Part shown: piece after piece, positions 34,401 through 45,093 of the stretch
Position numbering within the stretch: the stretch's first letter is position 1
Layout: every line of letters begins with the position of its first letter
Assembly: GCA_002269645.1 (NCBI GenBank)
Contig: NIVC01000432.1
Coordinates: forward strand, 62,001 to 126,000
Direction: 5' to 3'
Length of the DNA: 64,000 nt
Origin: Macrostomum lignano
Lineage: Eukaryota
Position numbers and translations under genes: made by a program
The notes under the pieces: generated by a model
What the model was told of the DNA's origin: nothing
Seen by the model: the letters and a program-made list of their open reading frames with translations, nothing else
The model's database searches: none

Positions 34401-35226
34401 AACTCGAAACTTCCATAAACTTGAAGCTTTCATAAACTCGAAGCTTCCATAAGCTCGAAGCTTCAATAAACTCGAAGCTTCCATAAGCTCGAAGCTTCAA
34501 TAAGCTCAAAGCTTCCATAAGCTCGAAGCATCTATAAGCTCGAAGCTTCCATAAGCTCGAAGCTTCCATAAGCTCGAAGCTTCCATAAGCTCGAAGCTTC
34601 CATAAGCTCGAAGCTTCCATAAGCTCGAAGCTTCCATAAGCTCGAAGCTTCCATAAACTCGAAGCTTCCATAAGCTCGAAGCTTCAATAAACTCGAAGCT
34701 TCCACAAGCTCGAAGCTTCCATAAGCTCGAACCTTTTGAGCTCGTAAAATCCACCTCTAAATGACACCTACTGTCAACTACTTCTCGAACACCCACCCCA
34801 ACCTCAAAACCGAAAAATTCTCAGGACCTCCGTCGCCGCCAGATGGGAGCGGTGGCGAACGCTGCGGCAGCCGCCGCGGCCGCTCGTCAGTCGATGCTGG
34901 CGCCGGACAGCCCACCGACTCCGCCGCACCAGCCGCAGCAGCACCGGCGGCAGCCAATCAATGCCGGTTACTATCCGAACCAGCACCAGCAGCCGCTCCC
35001 GAGCAGTTGGGAGGAGCAGCAGGAGCAGCTTCGGCGCGAGGCCGAACAGCGCGGCAGCCGGTTGGTGCAGTCGATCCACGACAAAACCGGCCGCAACGCT
35101 AAGGAGCTCTCGGTGCGTCGAGGCGAAATTCTTGAAGTTCTGGACGACTCGCGCAATTGGTGGCAGCTGCGCAATTGCGTTGGGGAAGTCGGACACGCGC
35201 CCTACACCATACTGCGGGTGCTGTAG
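28429..35226 (+). CDS. EPS8: EPS8-family adaptor (PTB + EGFR-binding region + SH3)
   Basis: Exons 28429-29355, [30669-30683], 31668-32063, 32437-32529, 33993-34364, 34825-35226, all with phase-0 GT-AG junctions. PTB (YDVLHLASF...WEMQCWLQL...HIFNC); ILNRCFDEIEAFV; LKKVKLALNLLGRL...PNAPELVHFLFTPL; SH3 RNAKELSVRRGEILEVLDDSRNWWQLRN. Confidence 0.9.
29388..30560. repeat. 21-bp intronic minisatellite (TCAGAGATCCCGAATCTGAAM)
   Basis: About 55 copies in EPS8 intron 1. Confidence 0.97.
31060..31585. repeat. 28-bp intronic minisatellite (AGCAGAGGTCAGCTGAGGACAGGCGGGT)
   Basis: About 18 copies. Confidence 0.95.
32095..32352. repeat. 14-bp intronic minisatellite (GATAGATCAGTCCC)
   Basis: Directly visible. 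Confidence 0.95.
32543..33055. repeat. 10/16-bp intronic minisatellite (GTGTCACTTGACCTCA)
   Basis: Begins ~15 bp after the donor at 32530. Confidence 0.95.
33472..33800. repeat. 22-bp near-perfect minisatellite (CACTGTAGGTTGTGACCCACTA)
   Basis: About 14 essentially identical copies. Confidence 0.97.
34385..34735. repeat. 17-bp intronic minisatellite (AAGCTCGAAGCTTCCAT)
   Basis: About 20 copies. Confidence 0.95.
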
Positions 35227-35289
35227 GCGTGGCCGGCTCCTTGATAAAGTAATCACATTGAGTAAAAACCCAGCATTCATTTAAAGACG

Positions 35290-35600
35290 CAGTCAATCGT
35301 ATTCAACCAATGCTTCTACTTTCGTCTATGGTCGAAACACCGCCTGAGGTCTGTGGCACAGGCAGAGCATTGAATTCAAGAACACAGACAAGTGGAGCTG
35401 GACAGGCCACCAGAACACATGAGGTCTGACAGTTTAGTAGTCACACTTGCAGACTTGTTCACAAAATATACAATTTTTTGTTAAATTGTTCCGAGGTTAA
35501 AGTCTGAAATTCAATGGGTTTTGGCCATAGACAATCGGCGAATCACGGGTTGAAGATATCTGGCCGCGTCTGAAACTGAATGCTCAACTTCTTGAATAAA
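35290..35600. mobile_element. second, shorter copy of the 26.7-kb element
   Basis: Shares TTCGTCTATGG..AAACACCGCCT.AGGTCTGTGGCACAGGCAGAGCATTGAATTCAAG and GTTTTGGCCATAGACAATCG...TGCTCAACTT with 26690-27535. Confidence 0.75.
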
Positions 35601-36509
35601 ATGAATTATGAAATATAGCTGGCACCAGAAAAGCAGGAAGTTGTTCCAATCAACCCATGTATACTTTGCTTTCTTTCCTGTGATGTCTTTAACAAGTATT
35701 TTCTCACATTTTTTTCTGCAACTAACGCGCTCTTCATGCTACTCACTCCAATCACTTCCAACAGTAGTCTATAAAAGGCTATGGTAGTTGGATTTTTATT
35801 TACCTATTCCCGATTTTTTGGTTAACCAGAAATCCACTGGACTTCCTGAAGTGTTTCGCTGCTCAGACCTTAATTATCTGCTTGCCAGAGCCTTTAAATC
35901 TTTGCCTGTGTTTTACCGATTTGTCAAAGAAAGCCGAACAGCTGATTGCAGAACTCCACGGCTCCTTTTCTCTGGAATCTCAAATCTCTTAGCTTGTTGT
36001 TTTTTTTTTAAATTCTAACCAAATAAAACATTCCAATTGTTCCTCTGTTTTGCCGTTGAACTCGGCGTCCACTGATGTTTTTTGCGACTGGTTTTCTAAT
36101 ACATACCAAGCTGTATTACTGAGTGGAATTCACTATTTACCTGCTGATGTTGTTTCTGTATATCTACCTGTTTTATTTGTGCGTTAAAATTTTCGGTCTT
36201 TAACTTTAACAATTAAATGTACCGACAAGAAGTGAACTGGTGCCTTCAGTTCTTGCTTTGTTTTTTCTTAAACATTTTTATAAAGTATTTTCCCTAATTA
36301 AAATACAGATGAACAAAAAATTAAAAAATCTGCTAATGTCTTGAGCTGAAGCTAAAATTTATTTTTTAAAAATGAAACTTATTCATTTTTTTTGTTTTCA
36401 ATCTGAAATCTGATCACAGTTGAATCAATGAGACAGTGATAAAATTATTTTCCAAATAGAACATCCTGTAGTTTAGTCGGCTTGTTATAAGTGTTAACTC
36501 ATAACAAGT

Positions 36510-37605
36510 CGGGTCATAAATGAGTTGGAGTCGGGTCATAAATGAGGTGGAGTCCTGTCATAAATGAGTATGAGTTGCATCATGAGCTTGAGTCATGTCA
36601 TAAATGAGTTGGAGTCGGATCATGAGCTTGAGTCATGTCATAAATGAGTTGGAGTCGGATCATGAGCTTGAGTCATGTCATAAATGAGTTGGAGTCGGAT
36701 CATGAGCTTGAGTCATGTCATAAATGAGTTGGAGTCGGATCATGAGCTTGAGTCATGTCATAAATGAGTTGGAGTCGGATCATGAGCTTGAGTCATGTCA
36801 TAAATGAGTTGGAGTCGGATCATGAGCTTGAGTCATGTCATAAATGAGTTGGAGTCGGATCATGAGCTTGAGTCATGTCATAAATGAGTTGGAGTTGCAT
36901 CATGAGCTTGAGTCATGTCATAATTGAGTTGGAGTCGGATCATGAGCTTGAGTCATGTCATAAATGAGTTGGAGTCGGATCATGAGCTTGAGTCATGTCA
37001 TAAATGAGTTGGAGTCGGATCATGAGCTTGAGTCATGTCATAAATGAGTTGGAGTCGGATCATGAGCTTGAGTCATGTCATAAATGAGTTGGAGTCGGAT
37101 CATGAGCTTGAGTCATGTCATAAATGAGTTGGAGTCGGATCATGAGCTTGAGTCATGTCATAAATGAGTTGGAGTCGGATCATGAGCTTGAGTCATGTCA
37201 TAAATGAGTTGGAGTCGGATCATGAGCTTGAGTCATGTCATAAATGAGTTGGAGTCAGATCATGAGCTTGAGTCATGTCATAAATGAGTTGGAGTCGGAT
37301 TATGAGCTTGAGTCATGTCATAAATGAGTTGGAGTCGGATCATGAGCTTGAGTCATGTCATAAATGAGTTGGAGTCGGATCATGAGCTTGAGTCATGTCA
37401 TAAATGAGTTGGAGTCGGATCATGAGCTTGAGTCATGTCATAAATGAGTTGGAGTCGGATCATGAGCTTGAGTCATGTCATAAATGAGTTGGAGTCGGAT
37501 CATGAGCTTGAGTCATGTCATAAATGAGTTGGAGTCGGATCATGAGCTTGAGTCATGTCATAAATGAGTTGGAGTCAGATCATGAGCTTGATTCATGTTA
37601 TAAAT
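36510..37605. repeat. 40-bp minisatellite (GTCATAAATGAGTTGGAGTCGGATCATGAGCTTGAGTCAT)
   Basis: About 26 near-perfect copies upstream of AK1. Confidence 0.97.
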
Positions 37606-38074
37606 TTGGTAACTAATAGCGACTGCTTACTACTTAGTAAGTCTACATTCAGTTTCTAAATCTAAAAAAAATTCCTACCCCTATGCACTGTTGACGTTAG
37701 CGACACAAACTCCTTCCTTTTGCACTGCAGTTATAAAATTTGCATTTCCACTCTCTCTCTGCGCCTTGGGTTGTGCAGTGTACAGTTTTTTTCAGCTATT
37801 ATATTCCTGTACAGCCAAGGCCTGTGGGTGTACATGGCGGTAGTGTCTCGTGCTCGTCACTCACGCCCAACCCTCCCTCCCCCCCCTATAATTACGACCT
37901 TGCAGTGTAGTGTGGCTGTTTGAATGGGCATAATCTAGACAGAAAAAGGGTTCGTTTATAAGCAATTCTTTTTGCATTATATAGCCATTTAACTTGTGAA
38001 GTTTCAAGTTAACATTAAAGAATTTCTTTCTTTTTCAATTGAAAACGGCTTTTTAGACATTAATAATCAGTATC

Positions 38075-40855
38075 ATGTACAAGAACTTCAAGAATTCCCA
38101 AGCAGCATCCGGTAAGGCTTTTTTGGTTTCAAATTTTAATTATCAATAAAAACTGGTTCTCGTGCGCTTAAAATTGTATTATGAATTGATTTTTCAGGAA
38201 ATTCTCTTCAGAAAGCAAAAGTGATTTTTGTTTTGGGTGAGTCGCAGTTTACACAACTGGTATTTGAACTCCGGTGGATTTGTGGGCTGAGCAGCCCGTT
38301 CTAATGCTGACTGAGTTTCCGTGTATTTATTTTGGGTACATTAATTAAGTAATGTGCTGGACTTAAGTTATGAATAAGCTGGAATCTGGTCATGAATGAG
38401 TTGGAATCTGGTCATGAATGGGTTGGAATCTAGTCATGAATGAGTTGGAATATAGTCATGAATGAGTTAGAATCTGGTCATGAATGGGTTGGAATCTGGC
38501 GTCATAAATGAGTTCGAGTCGGGTCATAAATGAGTTGGAGTCAGGTCATAAATGAGTTGGAGTCAGGTCATAAATGAGTTGGGATCGGGTCATGAGTTGG
38601 AGTCAGGTCATTAATGAGTTGGAATCAGGTCGTAAGTTGGAGTCAGTTCATAGATGAGTTGGGATCGGGTCATGAATGAGTTAGAATCTGGTCATGAATG
38701 GGTTGGAATCTAGTCATGAATGAGTTGGAATCTGGTCATGAATGAGTTGGAATCTAGTCATGAATGAGTTGGAATCTGGTCATGAATGAGTTGGAATCTA
38801 GTCATGAATGAGTTAGAATCTGGTCATGAATGGGTTGGAATCTAGTCATGAATGGGTTGGAATCTAGTCATGAATGAGTTAGAATCTGGTCATGAATGGG
38901 TTGGAATCTAGTCATGAATGAGTTGGAATCTAGTCATGAATGAGTTAGAATCCGGTCATGAATGGGTTGGAATCTGGCGTCATAAATGAGTTCGAGTCGG
39001 GTCATAAATGAGTTGGAGTCAGGTCATAAATGAGTTGGGATCGGGTCATGAGTTGGAGTCAGGTCATTAATGAGTTGGAATCAGGTCGTAAGTTGGAGTC
39101 AGGTCATAGATGAGTTGGGATCGGGTCATGAGTTGGAGTGGGTCATAAATGAGTTGGAGTCTCAAACCGGCCGAACCCAAGGCGGTCCCGGCAGCGGCAA
39201 GGGCACCCAGTGCGAGCGCATTGTCAAGGACTACGGCCTGACCCACTTGTCCTCGGGTGACCTGCTCCGCAGCGAGGTGGAGTCCGGGTCAGCTCGGGGC
39301 AAGCGGCTCAAGGACATCATGGAGCGTGGCGAGCTGGTGTCCCTGGACATTGTTCTCGAGCTGATCCGGGACGCCATGACCAATAACGCGTCAAGTCGTG
39401 GGTTCCTAATCGATGGCTTCCCGCGCGAGCTGGAGCAGGGCGTCCGCTTCGAGAAGGAGGTGGCGCCCTGCCAGTTTGTGCTGTTCTTCGACGTATCCGA
39501 GGCGGTGATGCAGCAGCGGCTGCTGAAACGAGGCGAGACCAGCGGCCGAGTTGACGACAACGAGGCCACTATTAAGAAACGGTTCCACACCTTCCAGGAG
39601 CTGACCAAACCCGTGATTGAGCACTACCGACAGCAGAGCAAGGTTGTGCAGGTGAGTGACGTGTTCGAGGTAATCAGGTACTATAGATCTGCTAGCTATA
39701 GATCTGCTAGCTATAGATCTGCTAGCTATAGATCTGCTAGCTATAGATCTGCTAGCTATAGATCTGCTAGCTATAGATATGCTAGCTATAGTAGCTATAG
39801 ATCTGCTAGTAGCTTTAGATCTGCTAGTAGCTATAGATCTGCTAGCTATAGATATGCTAGTAGCTATAGATCTGCTAGCTATAGATATGCTAGTAGCTAT
39901 AGATCTGCTAGTAGCTATATAGATATGCTAGCTATAGTAGCTATAGATCTGCTAGTAGCTTTAGATCTGCTAGTAGCTATAGATCTGCTAGTAGCTTTAG
40001 ATCTGCTAGTAGCTATATAGATCTGCTAGCTATAGATCCGCTAGTAGCTATAGATCTGCTAGCTATAGATCTGCTAGCTATAGATCTGCTAGTAGCTATA
40101 GATCTGCTAGCTATAGATCTGCTAGCTATAGATCTGCTAGTAGCTATATAGATCTGCTAGCTATAGATCCGCTAGTAGCTATAGATCTGCTAGCTATAGA
40201 TCTGCTAGCTATAGATCTGCTAGTAGCTATAGATCTGCTAGTAGCTATAGATATGCTAGCTATAGATCTGCTAGTAGCTATAGATCTGCTAGCTATAGAT
40301 ATGCTAGTAGCTATAGATCTGCTAGCTATAGATATGCTAGTAGCTATAGATCTGCTAGCTATAGATATGCTACTAGCTATAGATCTGCTAGCTATAGATC
40401 TGCTAGTAGCTTTAGATCTGCTAGTAGCTATAGATCTGCTAGCTATAGATATGCTAGTAGCTATAGATCTGCTAGCTATAGATATGCTAGTAGCTATAGA
40501 TATGCTAGCTATAGATCCGCTAGTAGCTATAGATCTGCTAGCTATAGATCTGCTAGTAGCTATAGATCTGCTAGTAGCTATAGATCTGCTAGCTATAGAT
40601 CTGCTAGTAGCTATAGATCTGCTAGCTATAGATCTGCTAGTAGCTATAGATCTGCTAGTAGCTATAGATATGCTAGCTATAGATCTGCTAGTAGCTATAG
40701 ATCTGCTAGCTTCCAACTATTCTCAGTTGCGTCAAAATGAACCACTTGTAAATAAGATAATGATGAGTTGATTTTCAATCCAGATTGACGCGTCAGGCTC
40801 TGTGGATGCCGTGTTCGGCCAGGTGAAGTCGGCTCTGGAATCCCGAGGTCTTTGA
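38075..40855 (+). CDS. AK1: adenylate kinase 1 (short cytosolic type)
   Basis: Exons 38075-38111, 38198-38236, 39182-39651, 40784-40855 with consistent phases. [18 protein letters not shown]-loop; [12 protein letters not shown]; [10 protein letters not shown]; [22 protein letters not shown]; [11 protein letters not shown]. Confidence 0.93.
38370..39160. repeat. ~21-22-bp intronic minisatellite (ATGAGTTGGAATCTGGTCATGA)
   Basis: AK1 intron 2. The core is related to the 40-bp array upstream. Confidence 0.9.
39680..40712. repeat. 15/18-bp intronic minisatellite (CTATAGATCTGCTAG[TAG])
   Basis: AK1 intron 3. Confidence 0.97.
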
Positions 40856-42398
40856 AATCGGCATGACTGACGTTACAAAACGCCCCTATCAGACAGATTA
40901 ATTCGTTTTAATCAAAAAGTTTTTAATATATTTTAAATGCTTAATTCTCAGCTAGTTCCTTCGCTACCAAGCTTTGTTAGTTGTTCGCTTTTTAAAGCCC
41001 AAAATATTACAACTGTGGTACTGTTTTATAACACTTTTTACAACAGTTTATACATAGAATTGATCTTGTAGCTACCACCCCCTGAAGCTAACAAACATCC
41101 TATGTTCAAATGCTCAAAATTTTATTGAAAATGCTATTTGATTCGTTCAAGAGTTCTATTTTTTGAAACCAAAGTACGAATAAATTAATAATTTAAAAAC
41201 ATATTTAAGAAACTTATTGGTTTCTATTGCATCCTAGCAAACGATGACGTAACCACCTGTTGAAGGTCCAGAAGCTCCGCGTGGGTGAAGGCCAGTGACC
41301 AACGAAGTCAGAGCTGATGCAAACACGTGTGGTCAACGTGCGCAGCTGATGAAATTTGGGAGGCTTGGCAAGGCCTCACTGAGGCGCAGTGCTGATTAGT
41401 CTGACCTTCTGGCAGAATCGTTGAATATCTGAGCGTTACATAAGGCTGGCGACGACTTGATTATTGTTTGAGAAAATGAGCAAAAAATCGTTACCCAGCT
41501 GTGTTCTTGAATTTCGTGTGCCTGCGTTGCTGCGTTCCAGCACAGCAAAAATTGTCACGGGGGCCGGGGGCTCATTGGTAAGCAACAGGGGGATCTGGTT
41601 CTGGGCTTGGTATTCTTAATGCAACTGCAGTCGTCCGTGCTATAGCGACTATAACTTATTTAAGCGGTTGGCGGGCCCCATAGCCAGCTACTGACAAAAT
41701 ATCGAAGTCATTTAAGTCTGGCAGAGTCAGTTAGGTCATTCAAACAAATTTTGTTTGTAAGTGGGCATTAGATCCTCCATCCATTATTATACTTAGACTG
41801 TAGTTTAGAACTTTGTTTGACTGACTTGAGAGACCCATAAGAAAAAGCGTGCCCATTTAAACTCGAAACGCAGACCAATTTAACAGCAGTGAATTGCTCA
41901 CAATAGCCAAACCACTACTTCACTTTTCAGTGTTCACTATATATGCTATAATCTGAAAAACACACTATAAGTTTGATAAATACGTCATGCCATGTATTTA
42001 ATGTACTTTCAATCAAAGTTTTATTTTCTGCTGCTGTAAGTAGTGTAAGAAAATTTCTTTTTTGAATCCGAAGCAACTTATTTTTATACTTTTTCTTAAT
42101 TCTTAAATCATATCAATAGTGGTCTTGACTTTGTGCGAATCCATCTTTAGGTGCCTTAGAAACTGATCTGTCCAATTAATCAATGGCAATGTACCTAATA
42201 TTTAAATCTTAGAATGTTTGCCAGGCCTTGGCTAGGGCCTAAGTTGGTTGGCTTATTATTAAGTCTAAGATGAGCGGGTTATTAAATGGTCATTAATAAG
42301 ACTATTATAGAAATTTTTATAAAATATTGGAGTACTTATACTATACTCATAGGTTTGGCTGCCATGTCTTATGACTTATGTCTATGGGTTCTCAATCT

Positions 42399-42507
42399 CA
42401 GTGTTGGGCACCACTAATAAAAATCTTAACTTCAATTAATGGCAAGTATTAGTTTAGTTAGTGTTAAAACAAAAAAAATTGTGACTTATTAACTCTTAAT
42501 TTTAATA

Positions 42508-42546
<39 letters not shown>

Positions 42547-44192
42547 TTAACTCAAATTAACTGAAAGTTAACTGATAATTGTTAATAAGTGTTAATCTGT
42601 TAAAGTTAACATAGAAAATACAGAAATCTTTCACAACTTTTGGTGTAGGCCTACACTTGGCGTCTTGGCATACAATTTTTTTAAATCTGGCATACTATCT
42701 GGCATATAAAAATGGATAGGGAAAAAGTGGCATATAGCCTATGTTCCTGCAATTGCAAAATTAAATTGTGAAATAAAAATAAATTTAAATGGAAAGTAGG
42801 CCTAGTTATTTTGAAAGAATGAAAGAAATCTTCAAGCCTTGTTTTTTTTCTAGGATTAGGGGCCTAGGCCTACAATTTTTGGCAATCGTGCAGTTTCGTT
42901 TGCAAAATTATTTTTCATTTAAATTTGAAAGTTTGAAACCAGAAAACAATAACAACGATGTTTTAAACCATTCTAGCAACTATGCCAGAGCTCATTGGTC
43001 ACAGAATTTTAAAGCAAATGGGCGCTCTATTAATATACTTTTTTTCATTAAATCTGTGCCACACTCAAATGCTACTTGAAACGCAAGTTGTCTATGGAAA
43101 AAATAGTTTAAAAAAATTGAAAGGGGCTCAAGTGGGAAGAGGCTTGAACTGTTTCCCTTTAGCTGAAAAGCTGCTAATATCTGCTTTTTCTTTTGGACAA
43201 TATATTGCATTATGGCTGGGTGACCACCAAGATCCTTGTGGATAATTCCACCGAATGAAGTGCTGCCAGCGAATGCTCTACTGCAACTAGAGCTAAATGC
43301 GCGCAACCTGATGGCTGCCATACCATGGTCTCTGCCACAATTGTTAGAATAGTTTGAAACATCATTTTTTATTGTTGTTATTGTTTTCTGGTTTCAAACT
43401 TTCAAATTTAAATGAAAAATAATTTCGCAAACAAAACTGCACTATTGCCCAATTTTTTCTAGGTTGAAAAAATTTGGCATACACTGGTATACCAAATAAA
43501 TTGTAAGAGATTTTAGTTCAATGTATATTCAGGATGTTCCAAACTATGGCCATAATGCACTGTCTTTGCTTTTCTACCCTTTTAGTAATACACAGAAGTT
43601 ATCTAAGAGATTTATAAGCTAAAAAGTAAAAAAAAGAATAATTTAAAAAAATTGCATGCATAATACTATTAAAAGTAAGCATATAGTAAAAGAACTAACT
43701 CATTTATTTGAAACTTGAAAGCTAATTAGTTAATAATAAAATATGAATAAAAGGGTTATTTTAGTAGCATTAGCAGGTATAGCAGAAAGTTACAAAAGAT
43801 TGGGAAAGAAGTGAATCAAAGCAACAATGCTCATACGCAAGCATTATTAAATTTCATTAGTAAGAACTTAGTAAGTTGTTAAATTGCATGATCATCATTA
43901 TAAACAAAAATTAGGCATTTAGGCTTGTAGATAGATTCAAATACATTCACAATGTTGTAACTTCTTGTCAGACTTATATTTTTGTTCTTTCTTTGTGTCT
44001 TTGGTCATTGACATTATCATTAACATTAACAATTAATTTGTCGTTAACTCACAAAATTATTAACATAAATTTGTTAATCCAGTAGTGTAAAAAAATCTTA
44101 ATGGCAGTCTGTTAACATTAATGAAAAATCTTAATGCTTATTAACAATTATTAATGGATTAATGCTTATTAATGGACTAGTGCCCAACACTG
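42399..44192. mobile_element. AT-rich non-autonomous DNA transposon candidate with 13-bp TIR CAGTGTTGGGCAC
   Basis: CAGTGTTGGGCAC at 42399 and GTGCCCAACACTG ending at 44192, with TTAA/GTTAA-rich subterminal regions. No clean TSD is visible. Confidence 0.55.
42881..43449. mobile_element. nested MITE with ~110-bp inverted arms
   Basis: 42881-42990 (GGCAATCGTGCAGTTTCGTTTGCAAAATTATTTTTCATTTAAATTTGAAAGTTTGAAACCAGAAAACAATAACAA) is inverted at ~43330-43449. Confidence 0.75.
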
Positions 44193-45093
44193 GGTTCTAT
44201 GACATTTTGTTAAAAGCCTTTCTGTCAAACAGTCATTTTGTTTTGTTAGGGGAGCCTATTTCATCAAATGATTGAAATTAATAAGTAAATAAGTTGTACA
44301 ATGTTCATTATTAAGAAAATTGAATTGTAATGAATATTTTATGCAATCAGATGATCAAAGCTATGTAACCTGGTCTCCCCAAGGAGTCACTAGCCTATTC
44401 AAGTAGAAAGAAAGAAATGTTATTTTTTGGAAACTTTTAGGAGGTAAGAGGGACGTAGCAAGGGTTTGGTATAAAGCCACACTCTCAAATCTGTTACATT
44501 GTAAGCTATGCTAGAAAAGTGACCCCCTCAACTATAAATTCAAGTTTTTGCCAGAAAAACATACTTGTGACCTTAGTCAAAATGATTTTTTAGGCTATTT
44601 TGCTATTGGTATTACTGCTAGTATTAAATTTAGTAAATCAAGAAGCAAGTATGAAATGCTCATAGAATATAATTCATTCTTTTGCTATTGTCAGCCAAAT
44701 TGATTTTATGCTTTTACTTCTCGTATGCTTGAGAAGGTCTACCATTATCTATTATACATGCGCAACCCCCCCCCCCGGATTTACACTGGCTGTGCGACTT
44801 CTTTTTTTGACTAAAAATGCGACTTACTGTGAAAGAAACAATAAAGAAAAATAATCACTATTTTGGGTAAACGGCAGGAGTAACATGACTGTCTTGTTAA
44901 GGCTTAATGCCTCGCCAGCTAATTATTACTCCGTCTGTTAGTACTTACCTTGGCTGGGCCCCTCGCTAGCCGGCCGGGTGTTGCGCATGTATTCTATCTA
45001 TCAACACTAGGGTTCTTATGCTTATTTTGATTCTCAATTTACAGTAAACAGAGCAACCACATTAACAATTTGTTGCTGCAACTACAGGTAGCC

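Noticed and set aside
39652-40771. C-terminal YRSAS/AIDLL extensions of the AK1 ORF and overlapping ORFs
   Set aside because: Read-through into the intronic satellite; the true last exon is 40784-40855.
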